Shown piece after piece: positions 9,542 through 17,476 of a stretch of 64,000 nt of DNA. The notes beneath the pieces are model-generated. The model was given only the letters and a program-made list of their open reading frames with translations. It was not told where the DNA came from and searched no databases. A program made the position numbers and the translations under genes. How positions within the stretch are numbered: the stretch's first letter is position 1; each line of letters opens with the position of its first letter. This stretch comes from Vulcanimicrobiota bacterium (lineage in GTDB: Bacteria > Vulcanimicrobiota > Vulcanimicrobiia > Vulcanimicrobiales > Vulcanimicrobiaceae): NCBI GenBank assembly GCA_003164495.1, contig PLTN01000229.1:17763-81762 (forward strand), read 5' to 3'.

Positions 9542-9545
9542 GCCG

Positions 9546-9995
9546 GTGATGGATCTCGTGCTCGCGGACCCATTCGATCTCGCGCGCTTTGCGCAGGCGC
9601 AAGATCCAGTGTTTGCGAGCGTTGAATCCGAACTGCGCGCCGGCCGTAAGCGCTCCCATTGGATGTGGTTCGTTTTTCCGCAATTGCGTGGTCTCGGCCG
9701 GTCTGAAACGGCACAGTACTTCGGCATCACGTCGCTCGACGAAGCGAAGGCGTACCTCGCGCATCCCGTGCTCGGGCGGCGCCTGACCGAGTGCACGAAC
9801 CTCGTGCTCGCGATCGAGAACGCCTCGCTGGCGCAGATCTTCGGCACCCCGGACGATCTGAAGTTTTGCTCGTCGATGACGCTGTTTTCGCTCGCCGGCG
9901 GGGCAGCCGATACGATTTTCCAGCAAGCCCTACAGAAGTATTGCGGCGGTAAACGCGACGAGCAAACGGTCGAAAAGGTTAGATCTGGGCGATGA
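9546..9995 (+). CDS. DUF1810 family protein
   Basis: 149 aa, GTG start. DPFDLARFAQAQDPVFASVESELRAGRKRSHWMWFVFPQLRGLGRSETAQYFGI...AKAYLAHPVLGRRL...DDLKFCSSMTLF closely matches my memory of DUF1810 sequences. Confidence 0.8.
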   Translation: MMDLVLADPFDLARFAQAQDPVFASVESELRAGRKRSHWMWFVFPQLRGLGRSETAQYFGITSLDEAKAYLAHPVLGRRLTECTNLVLAIENASLAQIFGTPDDLKFCSSMTLFSLAGGAADTIFQQALQKYCGGKRDEQTVEKVRSGR

Positions 9996-10914
9996 TCTCC
10001 GTGGCCGGAAAGCCGCGTTTGAGGATGCCGTATTTGGCTCCGGCGTCGATCACGGGTTGAACGAGCGCCGGTGTCACGTCTTCGCCGAATAACGTTCGCA
10101 CCGATTTTGCAACCACGGCCGGGTCTTGCTTCGTCAGCGTCGCCACGGCTTGAACGGATGCGCCGGGGTCGGTGTTGTACCAATGTGCGCACGCGATCAA
10201 GGCGGACTTGATTTTACGGGCCGCGTCGGGATGTGCGGATATCCAGGAGCCGGACGCCACGTATGCGCCGTTGAGGAAGCGTGTTGCGATGCCGTCGTTC
10301 GGAGAGCCGATGGACCGGCACGTCGTCAGGGCGGTCGTCGCGTAGGGTTGCGTGATCTCGGCGGCGTCGATGCGGCCGGCCTCGAGTGCTGCCTGCATGG
10401 CGGAGAACGGCATCTCGATCCACTGAATGCTCTTGGAATCGCCGCCGTGTTTGTCGATCCACGCCTCGGATGAGATTTGTGCCGCACCACGGAGCACGTT
10501 GACGGCGAGCGTCTTGCCGCTCAGCGCACTCCCGGAGTTGATCGTCGACTCTTTCTTGACCATGAGCTGCGATCCGCCGTGACCGCTTTCGTACATCGGG
10601 CCGCCGGAGATGATCTTCATGTCGACGCCGTTCTGATGCGCCACCGCGAGCGACATCATGTTCATGCTGCCGATGATGATGTCGCCGCCGACGATCGCCG
10701 CAGCGATCGCTTCGCCCGAACTGAGCGTTTCGACGTCGAGCGCGATTCCGGCGCGCGCAAAATAGCCCTGGGATTGTGCCAGCGGTAGCAGCGCATCACC
10801 CTCGATCGGTGTCGCCGCGGCCCGGAACTGTTGCAGGCTTTGCGCATACAGCGTCCGCGGCAGACTTGCAACCGCAACGCCGAGCGAGGCCGCGATCACC
10901 TCACGGCGCTTCAC
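9979..10914 (-). CDS. periplasmic solute-binding protein, NMT1/SsuA-like paralog
   Basis: C-terminal 311 codons of the artefactual 683-aa ORF 9979..12030. GTG start at 10914 overlaps the upstream PEBP stop (GTGA). Signal VKRREVIAASLGVAVASLPRTLYAQS. Motifs GGDSKSIQWIEMPFSAMQAALEAGRIDAAEITQP and LVQPVIDAGAKYGIL. Confidence 0.8.
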   Translation of the reverse strand: MKRREVIAASLGVAVASLPRTLYAQSLQQFRAAATPIEGDALLPLAQSQGYFARAGIALDVETLSSGEAIAAAIVGGDIIIGSMNMMSLAVAHQNGVDMKIISGGPMYESGHGGSQLMVKKESTINSGSALSGKTLAVNVLRGAAQISSEAWIDKHGGDSKSIQWIEMPFSAMQAALEAGRIDAAEITQPYATTALTTCRSIGSPNDGIATRFLNGAYVASGSWISAHPDAARKIKSALIACAHWYNTDPGASVQAVATLTKQDPAVVAKSVRTLFGEDVTPALVQPVIDAGAKYGILKRGFPATEIIAQI

Positions 10915-11393
10915 CGGGCGTAGACGGCGGTGAGCCGGCCCTGATCGAGGATGTGTCCGTTCATGCAGAACATCAGCATCGCGCCCGTCGTTCCCGATCC
11001 AAGGCCGAGCGTATCGACATCCAGCGCGTAGACGTTGAAGTGGTAATGATGGGTGCGCCCGGGCGGCGGCGCCGCACCGCCGTAGCCGATCGAGCCGAAG
11101 TCCGTATGGCCGAGAATGGTTCCCGGCGCGGTCTTTTCGGGCGAACCGGCCCCCGCCGGGAGCGTCGTCACCGATCCGGGGATGTCCATCACGAGCCAAT
11201 GCCAGAACCCGACCGTCGTTGGAGCGTCGGGGTCGTAACACGTGACGACGTAGCTCTTCGTTCCGGCCGGGCCGGGGCTCCACGTGAGATCCGGCGAGAT
11301 GTTGCCGCCGGTCAATCCGAAGCCGTTGAATACCGCCGAATTCGGCAGCGTGCCGCCGTCGGTGAAAAGAGCACTTGAAACCTTCAGGGCCAA
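10911..11393 (-). CDS. YbhB/YbcL family Raf-kinase-inhibitor-like (PEBP) protein
   Basis: ORF 10911..11609. Preferred start is TTG at 11393, with GGAGG 6 nt upstream (160 aa). The alternative ATG at 11438 would overlap the divergent NHL gene start. Motifs SPDLTWSPGPAGTKSYVVTCYDPDAP, GFWHWLVMDIP and GAAPPPGRTHHYHFNVYALD. Confidence 0.8.
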   Translation of the reverse strand: MALKVSSALFTDGGTLPNSAVFNGFGLTGGNISPDLTWSPGPAGTKSYVVTCYDPDAPTTVGFWHWLVMDIPGSVTTLPAGAGSPEKTAPGTILGHTDFGSIGYGGAAPPPGRTHHYHFNVYALDVDTLGLGSGTTGAMLMFCMNGHILDQGRLTAVYAR

Positions 11394-11436
11394 AGCAAGC
11401 CTCCTCGAGTGTCGGGTCTGTATTGGAGGATTGCGC

Positions 11437-12555
11437 ATGTTCCGATCGATCGCCCTGTTTGCGTTCCTTATCTTCGCGCTGGGTTTGCTCACGACCGCGC
11501 CGCGAGCGCAGACCGCTCCGCATATACCGGGGCCTCCGCGCTTTGCCGTCGATCCGGCATGGCCGAAACCACTCCCGAACGATTGGCTCATCGGGCAAGT
11601 CGGCGGCATTTTCGTGGACGATCAGGACCACATTTGGGTGAATCAGCGACCGCGCTCGCTCACCGACGACGAACGCGGTGCGGCGCTCGTTCCACCGCTC
11701 TCGATTTGCTGCAAGCCCGCGCCGCCGATCCTCGAGTTCGACGCGGCCGGAAATCTGCTGCGCGCGTGGGGCGGCCCCGGTAAGGGATACGACTGGCCGT
11801 TGCAAGAGCATGGGATCGCGGTCGACCGCGAAGGCTTCGTCTACATCGGCGGCAACGGGAAGAACGACGGCGCGATCCTCAAGTTCACGCTCGACGGCAA
11901 GTTCGTCGCGCAATTCGGCCACCCGGGACCGCCCGACAGCAGCGATACGACGAAGTTCGGGCAGCCGGCCGATATCTGGATCGACGAGCCCACCCACGAG
12001 ATGTACGTCGCGGACGGGTACGGCAACCACCGTGTGATCGTGCTGGATAAAGATACCGGCGCGTTCAAGCGCATGTGGGGCGCGTACGGCAATCCACCGC
12101 GTGACGACGGCCCGCCGAAGTACGATCCGGCGGCTTCGCCCTCACCGACGTTCGGTAATCCCGTCCACTGCGTGATCATCGCGCACGACGGGCTCGTGTA
12201 TGTTTGCGACCGTACGAACGACCGCATTCAAGTCTTCCACAAAGACGGAACGTTCGTGAAAGAAGCGCGCTACCTGCCGGCAACGCTCGCTAGCGGGTCG
12301 GTCTGGGATCTCGATTTTTGGCCCAAGACGGAGCAAACGTACCTGGTGAACGCCGACGGCGAAAACAACGAGGTGCGTATCCTGCGGCGCAGCACGCTTG
12401 CCGTCGTCTCGAAGTTCGGGCGCTCAGGCCGGAACGCCGGCGAATTTCACTGGGTTCACGTGATCGCCGTCGATTCGAAGAACAACATCTACACCGGCGA
12501 AGTCGACAACGCCAAACGGCTGCAGAAGTTCCGCTACGTCGGCGGAGGCATGTGA
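11437..12555 (+). CDS. secreted NHL-repeat beta-propeller protein (peptidyl-alpha-hydroxyglycine lyase-like)
   Basis: ORF 11284..12555; ATG at 11437 gives signal MFRSIALFAFLIFALGLLTTAPRAQT. NHL-like blades recur (HGIAVDREGFVYIGG, PADIWIDEPTHEMYVADGYGNHRVIVLD, HCVIIAHDGLVYVCDRTNDRIQVF, HVIAVDSKNNIYTGEVDNAKRLQKF). Confidence 0.75.
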   Translation: MFRSIALFAFLIFALGLLTTAPRAQTAPHIPGPPRFAVDPAWPKPLPNDWLIGQVGGIFVDDQDHIWVNQRPRSLTDDERGAALVPPLSICCKPAPPILEFDAAGNLLRAWGGPGKGYDWPLQEHGIAVDREGFVYIGGNGKNDGAILKFTLDGKFVAQFGHPGPPDSSDTTKFGQPADIWIDEPTHEMYVADGYGNHRVIVLDKDTGAFKRMWGAYGNPPRDDGPPKYDPAASPSPTFGNPVHCVIIAHDGLVYVCDRTNDRIQVFHKDGTFVKEARYLPATLASGSVWDLDFWPKTEQTYLVNADGENNEVRILRRSTLAVVSKFGRSGRNAGEFHWVHVIAVDSKNNIYTGEVDNAKRLQKFRYVGGGM

Positions 12556-12567
12556 GGATGCCTCCGC
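12542..12567. terminator. bidirectional hairpin between convergent genes (GCGGAGGCAT-gtgagg-ATGCCTCCGC)
   Basis: Perfect 10-bp stem with a 6-nt loop. The left arm covers the NHL gene stop codon (12553-12555) and the right arm ends 1 nt before the aldolase stop (12569-12571). No U-tract on either side. Confidence 0.5.
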
Positions 12568-12568
12568 G

Positions 12569-13450
12569 TCAGGATTTAACGGTCGAGGCCGTGTAGATCT
12601 CGTCGATCGCTTTCCCGAGTGCGGCGTTGAACTCGGCGTCGCTCATGTTCACGTTGAGCCCGTCGACGAGCGCGCGCGAGAAGCTCGCGATCATGTTGTG
12701 ATTCTTGGCCAAGCGCGCGCAGGCGTCGTCGCGCGTGTAACCGCCCGATAGCGCAACGACCCGCTGGATTCCCTTGTGGGCGATCAACGGCGCGTACAGA
12801 TCCGGAACGTCGGGGATCGTCACCTTGACCATGACTTGCTGACCAGCCGGCAGCGCGTCTGCGCCTTTGAGCAATTCCTCCAGCAAGATGGCCTCGGCTT
12901 TGGCTTTCTCGGGGCTCTTGATCAGCACTTCAGGTTCGAGAATCGGCACCAAGCCGTGGGCCGAAATCTGCGCGCCGACTTCATACTGCTGTTTCGCGAT
13001 CGCGGCGATGCCCTTCGGGTTTGCGAGGTTGATCGTCGAGCGCATCTTCGTGCCGTAGATACCGAGCTTCACCGCGCGCTTGAGCAAATCGTCGAGTCCG
13101 GCGATCGGCTTCATCATCGTCACGCCGTCGGCTTCCTTTTCCATGCCCTGGTCGACTTTGAGCATGGGCACGACGCCGCGGTCTTCCCAGAGATAGGACG
13201 GCACGGGTTTGCCGCCGGCCTGACCGTCCATCGTGCGCTCGAACAGGATCGCCGCGATGACCTTGTCGCCGGTGAACGCCGGAGAGCTGATGATGCGCAC
13301 GCGCATCTCGTGCATGAGCTTGAACATCTCGGCGTCGCCGTTATAGGCGGTGTCCGGGATGCCGTAGGCGCGGAGGGCGCCGGGCGTCGAGCCGCCGCTC
13401 TGGTCGAGGGCGGCGAGAAACCCCGGTTTCTCGGCGAGCTGCTTGCTCAT
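12569..13450 (-). CDS. fba: class I fructose-bisphosphate aldolase
   Basis: ORF 12569..13537; ATG at 13450 (MSKQLAEKPGFLAALDQSGGSTPGALRAYGIP...). Strong resemblance to bacterial class I FBA (ILFERTMD, VPMLKVDQG, LVPILEPEV, ALSGGYTRDDA). Confidence 0.85.
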   Translation of the reverse strand: MSKQLAEKPGFLAALDQSGGSTPGALRAYGIPDTAYNGDAEMFKLMHEMRVRIISSPAFTGDKVIAAILFERTMDGQAGGKPVPSYLWEDRGVVPMLKVDQGMEKEADGVTMMKPIAGLDDLLKRAVKLGIYGTKMRSTINLANPKGIAAIAKQQYEVGAQISAHGLVPILEPEVLIKSPEKAKAEAILLEELLKGADALPAGQQVMVKVTIPDVPDLYAPLIAHKGIQRVVALSGGYTRDDACARLAKNHNMIASFSRALVDGLNVNMSDAEFNAALGKAIDEIYTASTVKS

Positions 13451-13491
13451 GGCGGCGTTTGACACGGTCGTTACCCTTCTACGGATAGGCT

Positions 13492-14397
13492 CTAGTTGGC
13501 GCTTCCAATTCGGATGGACGCTGATTTCTCTTTCCATTCGCTTTCGCGCACCGGAGCGAAAATCGGCAGACCGACGAGCAAGAGTTCGAGTTCGCTCGTC
13601 GCGGCCAGCAGCGCGCCCTCGTCGCGTTCGACCGAAAACGCGGCCTGCGGACGAAGTTCATGCTCGCCGGCGTTTCCGGTACCGGAGATGATGACGCCGA
13701 TCTGCGTGCTGCGCCGCGGCATGATGCGCGCGCTTGCGCCGGCGGCGACGCGCAGCATCGCGATTTCGAGTTGCCGTTCGGAAAACGTGCCGAGCCGCTT
13801 GATCGACACATCGGGCTGATCCGGATCGGCCACCCACGCGAAATGCGCCGGCTTTATGAGGATCGGTTCATCGTAGCGCGGCTTGGGATATTCCATCGGC
13901 CGGCCGTTGATATGCTCCCACACCGCTTCATAGCTGTCTCGCGAGCGGCGCATACCGGGCGGCACGTCGCCGGTGCGATGGAAGACGCCCTTTTCGAACG
14001 TACCGAAGGCCTTCATCTCTTCCATGCCTTCGAACATGCGGCGCAGGCTGATGTATCCGCAGCCGCTGGCGCCGCCGAATTGAAACGTCATGCCGTAGCG
14101 GGCGCTGTCGTACTCTTGCGGACCGTACGGTGTGCCTTCCGGGAAGTAGGCGATCTCGCCGGGCTGTATCCACTGGTCGGGACCATAGTTCATCGGGCCG
14201 CCGCCGAGCACGATGCGAATCTGGTCGAAGTTGTGCGCGTGGCGCGGGCTGTAGAACGGGCCGACCTGGCGACTGAAGTTCAGCCGGTAGTTCTCGACGG
14301 TGTCGTCCTCGCCGGTCAGCAGGATCTGGCCGTCCTTCGGATTGCCCCGGAAGTCTTCGCCGACTTCGTTGTTCGGATCGACGTAAGCGATCTTCAT
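13492..14397 (-). CDS. cupin-domain protein (possibly bicupin), function unknown
   Basis: ORF 13492..14493; ATG at 14397 with AAGGGG upstream (MKIAYVDPNNEVGEDF...). Cupin-like motif YSPRHAHNFDQIRIVLGGGPMNYG...GEIAYFPEGTPYGP. The second half (QLEIAMLRVAAGASARIMPRRSTQIGVIISGTG) may be a second barrel. Confidence 0.5.
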   Translation of the reverse strand: MKIAYVDPNNEVGEDFRGNPKDGQILLTGEDDTVENYRLNFSRQVGPFYSPRHAHNFDQIRIVLGGGPMNYGPDQWIQPGEIAYFPEGTPYGPQEYDSARYGMTFQFGGASGCGYISLRRMFEGMEEMKAFGTFEKGVFHRTGDVPPGMRRSRDSYEAVWEHINGRPMEYPKPRYDEPILIKPAHFAWVADPDQPDVSIKRLGTFSERQLEIAMLRVAAGASARIMPRRSTQIGVIISGTGNAGEHELRPQAAFSVERDEGALLAATSELELLLVGLPIFAPVRESEWKEKSASIRIGSAN

Positions 14398-14479
14398 GAC
14401 TGCCCCTTTCGCGCCGTTCTGCGAGGGACCCCGCAGCCTTCCGGCGGCGGCAAGAGGTCGGTTCGGACGCGCTGCAATA

Positions 14480-15565
14480 ATGCTCGTTTTCAAGATGAAT
14501 TGCGAACACGAATCGAACGGCGCCGGTGCCCTGACGCGGCGACGCCTGTTGCAGCTCAGCGCCGCCGGCGGCGGCGCGATCGTCGCAGCAGCCGCGTTGC
14601 CGGCCGGGCTAGCGGCGCAAATGCCTGCGAAGAAACTGATCGACGTCCATCATCACGTCGCGCCGACGAATTGGCTCTCGCAGGGCGGCACGCCGGATGA
14701 GGCGCGCGTCTTCAAAGGCTGGAGTATTCCGAAGACGCTCGATGAGATGGACCGTGCCGGCGTCGCGACGGCATATGCGTCCATCACCGTGCCCGGTCAC
14801 CGCTTCGACGATCCGGCCAACGCTCGCCGCGTGACTCGCGAATGCAACGAGTATATGGCCGATCTTCGCGTGCAGCACCCCGGCCGCTTCGGGATGTTCG
14901 CGATGCTGCCGATGCCGAACATCTCCGACACGCTGGCCGAGATCGCCTATGCCTACGACACGCTCAAGACCGACGGCATCGGCCTCTTTACGAGCTACGG
15001 CGATAAGTATATCGGCAATGCCGACTTCGATCCGGTGTTCGCCGAGCTCAACCGTCGCAACGCGGTCGTGTTCGTGCATCCGACCGTCGGGCCGTGCTGC
15101 GGCACCGTGCAGCCGTGGCTCGCGACGGCGCAAATCGAATACGGCACCGATACGACGCGCGCGATCGCCGAATACATCTTCAAAGGCGGCACGCAGAAGT
15201 ACCCCAACGTCAAGATGATCTGGTCGCACGCGGGCGGCACGATGCCGTTCTTGGCGCAACGCTTCATCAACAGCGGCGCGGAAAATTTCAAGACCGCACT
15301 GCCCAACGGCTTCCTGGCCGAAGCGAACAAGTGCTACTACGATACGGCCCAAGTGCCGAGCAAAGGCACGATGCTCGCGTTGCGCACGATCGTTTCGCCC
15401 TCGCAGATCCTCTACGGTACCGACTATCCGTATCGCGGCTTCCAGTGGACCGAGGACATGCTCACGGCCGACGCGGTGTTCAACCCGCGTGAACTGCAAG
15501 CGATCTATCGCGACAACTCCGTGCGCATTCAGGCCCAAGCGGGACGCCCGGCACCGGCCGTCTAG
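14480..15565 (+). CDS. amidohydrolase-2 family protein with a Tat-type signal peptide
   Basis: ORF 14396..15565; start at ATG 14480 (or ATG 14495). Signal TRRRLLQLSAAGGGAIVAAAALPAGLAAQ, followed by LIDVHHHVAP, VVFVHP, MIWSHAGGTMPF and ILYGTDYPY. Confidence 0.75.
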   Translation: MLVFKMNCEHESNGAGALTRRRLLQLSAAGGGAIVAAAALPAGLAAQMPAKKLIDVHHHVAPTNWLSQGGTPDEARVFKGWSIPKTLDEMDRAGVATAYASITVPGHRFDDPANARRVTRECNEYMADLRVQHPGRFGMFAMLPMPNISDTLAEIAYAYDTLKTDGIGLFTSYGDKYIGNADFDPVFAELNRRNAVVFVHPTVGPCCGTVQPWLATAQIEYGTDTTRAIAEYIFKGGTQKYPNVKMIWSHAGGTMPFLAQRFINSGAENFKTALPNGFLAEANKCYYDTAQVPSKGTMLALRTIVSPSQILYGTDYPYRGFQWTEDMLTADAVFNPRELQAIYRDNSVRIQAQAGRPAPAV

Positions 15566-15571
15566 CGCCGG

Positions 15572-16522
15572 TTATTTCCCCCAATAGATGAGCGCCTTCG
15601 CGACGATGGCGCGCGTGTCGAGCGGTACCTTCAGCTGTCCGTAAGCTAAGCCGGCGTCGAGCACCGGCTGGAGTTCGGGCACGGAGAGCGACTCCGCGAA
15701 CGTCGAGCGGGTCATCGCTGCGATCGACGGCGCATCGAGGCCGGTGATTCGCTCGAGGATCGGTACCGTTTCGGCATGATGGGTATTGACCCAGTGGGCC
15801 GTTTCGCGCAGCGCTTGCGCTACCCGTCTGGCCGCGTCGGGCTGGGCGTCAACCCATGACGTCGCGGCAAAATACACGCCCGAGATGTAGAGCGGCGCGA
15901 TCGCGGCATCGGCGTTGCCGAGCAGTTCCACCGCGTTGCGCGCTTGACCGAAGTACGAACCGGTCATCATCGCGGCGTCGATACGGCCTTGCACGAGCGA
16001 CGCGGCCATCGACGATTCCGGAAGCTCGACGAAGCGCACGCTCTTGGAGTTGCCGCCGGTCTTGTCGACCCACACCTCGGCACCGAGTTGCTGCTCGCCG
16101 TCGAGCGTCGTAACGGCCACGATCTTGCCGTTGAGATCCGCGCCGGTTCGCAATGGCGAATGCCGGGCTTTGGCGAGAACGATATCCGGTGCTTTGCTCG
16201 TGAACACGGTGGAGGGTGCGATGATCGTGATCGGTATGCCGCGACCCAGCGCGGCCGCGACCGACATCAGGTTCGAAAAGCCGACCTCAGCCGAACCGCC
16301 GACGACGGCCGCAACGACCGCGCCGCCGCTGCTCGTGCCCGCCACGGTGGCTTCCAGTCCGTATTTCTTGAAGAAGCCGCCGGCCAGTGCGTAGGCACCC
16401 AGCGACCCGCCGTCTCCGCCGAGGTTGAGCACGCGAATCACCGGGGCGCTCTGTGCGCTTACGGGCAGCGGAAGAAGGGCGAGCGCCGCTACGAGCGCGC
16501 ACGCACGCTGCAGCCGGGTCAT
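15572..16522 (-). CDS. periplasmic solute-binding protein, NMT1/SsuA-like paralog
   Basis: ORF 15572..16792; ATG at 16522 overlaps the upstream SBP stop (ATGA). Signal MTRLQRACALVAALALLPLPVSAQS. Motifs GGNSKSVRFVELPESSMAASLVQGRIDAAMM and LQPVLDAGLAYGQL. Confidence 0.8.
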   Translation of the reverse strand: MTRLQRACALVAALALLPLPVSAQSAPVIRVLNLGGDGGSLGAYALAGGFFKKYGLEATVAGTSSGGAVVAAVVGGSAEVGFSNLMSVAAALGRGIPITIIAPSTVFTSKAPDIVLAKARHSPLRTGADLNGKIVAVTTLDGEQQLGAEVWVDKTGGNSKSVRFVELPESSMAASLVQGRIDAAMMTGSYFGQARNAVELLGNADAAIAPLYISGVYFAATSWVDAQPDAARRVAQALRETAHWVNTHHAETVPILERITGLDAPSIAAMTRSTFAESLSVPELQPVLDAGLAYGQLKVPLDTRAIVAKALIYWGK

Positions 16523-17472
16523 TTTGCGCCGGACCAGATGATCTCGCGCGCCGGAAAGGCCCGTGAGAGGATGCCGTATTTGGCGGCGGCGTCGATGAGC
16601 GGCTGGATGAGCGCCGGATCGAGGACGGTCGGATTGGTGGTGCGATGCATCTTCGCGACGTTCGCGAGCGTGGCTTTGGTGAATTCCGCGACGACGGGCG
16701 CCGTCTCCGGCCGATGGGTGTTCACGTAGGCGGTTGCGGACGCCAAGGTCGACGCGAACGTGCGCACCTCGGCGGCATGGTGCAGCGTCCAATCCGCCAG
16801 CGCGACGTAGCCCGCGAGAATGAACCGCGGCGCGATCGCCTCGTTAGCGTAAGAAAGCGTTTTCGTCGTGCCGGCCTCGAGCGAGATATCGAGCTGCGGC
16901 GTTTGCAGAATCGCGGCATCGACGCGGTGTCCCACGATCGCGGCTTCGAGCGCAGCGTTCGGGAACTCGACGAATTTCAGGCTATGCCAATCGCCGCCGG
17001 TCTTGTCGACCCACGCGCGAATGGCGACGCTCGTGGCATCCCCGAGCGCCGGAACGCCGATCGTCTTTCCGTTGAGGTCGGCTCCCGTCTTGTAGGGCGA
17101 ATCGGGGGCGATCTGCAGCAGCGAGCGCGGATTCTGCGGCTCGTTGAGGATCGCCGGGGCGACGGCGACGAGCGGGATCCCCTGGAGATGTGCGCTCATC
17201 AACGCGAGCAGGCTCGACTTGCCGATCGGATACGTTCCCGAAACGACGGCCGCGGTCGCTGCCGCACCGCTGCTCGTGGCTTCGAGCGTAACGTCGAGAC
17301 CGTTGCGCGCGAACATCCCCGTTTTGACCGCGTAATAGCAGTCTGTCATGTCTTCGCTCGGCACGCCGGCAATCTGCAGCGGGTCGAGGGCCGCGCGAAC
17401 CGGTCGAGTCCCGCCCAAAAGCGCCAGTGGTGCGAGCGCCGCCGTTCGCAAGAGCTCGTGGCGCTTCAGCAC
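16519..17472 (-). CDS. periplasmic solute-binding protein, NMT1/SsuA-like paralog
   Basis: 317 aa, GTG start 4 nt after the ThDP-enzyme stop. Signal LKRHELLRTAALAPLALLGGTRPVRAA. Motifs GGDWHSLKFVEFPNAALEAAIVGHRVDAAILQTP and LIQPLIDAAAKYGIL. Confidence 0.8.
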   Translation of the reverse strand: MLKRHELLRTAALAPLALLGGTRPVRAALDPLQIAGVPSEDMTDCYYAVKTGMFARNGLDVTLEATSSGAAATAAVVSGTYPIGKSSLLALMSAHLQGIPLVAVAPAILNEPQNPRSLLQIAPDSPYKTGADLNGKTIGVPALGDATSVAIRAWVDKTGGDWHSLKFVEFPNAALEAAIVGHRVDAAILQTPQLDISLEAGTTKTLSYANEAIAPRFILAGYVALADWTLHHAAEVRTFASTLASATAYVNTHRPETAPVVAEFTKATLANVAKMHRTTNPTVLDPALIQPLIDAAAKYGILSRAFPAREIIWSGAK

Positions 17473-17476
17473 CGGA

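Noticed and set aside
8057-9545. Mobile genomic island or prophage remnant
   Set aside because: Composition looks lower in G+C. However, there is no integrase, transposase, tRNA attachment site or flanking direct repeat that I can see. Only atypical composition is claimed.
9979-12030. 683-aa minus-strand ORF that looks like a giant fusion protein
   Set aside because: Only its C-terminal 311 codons resemble a real protein (the SBP, GTG start at 10914). The upstream part is Arg/Pro-rich. It runs antisense or out of frame to two well-supported genes (PEBP 10911..11393 and NHL 11437..12555). This is a typical open-frame artefact of high-GC DNA.
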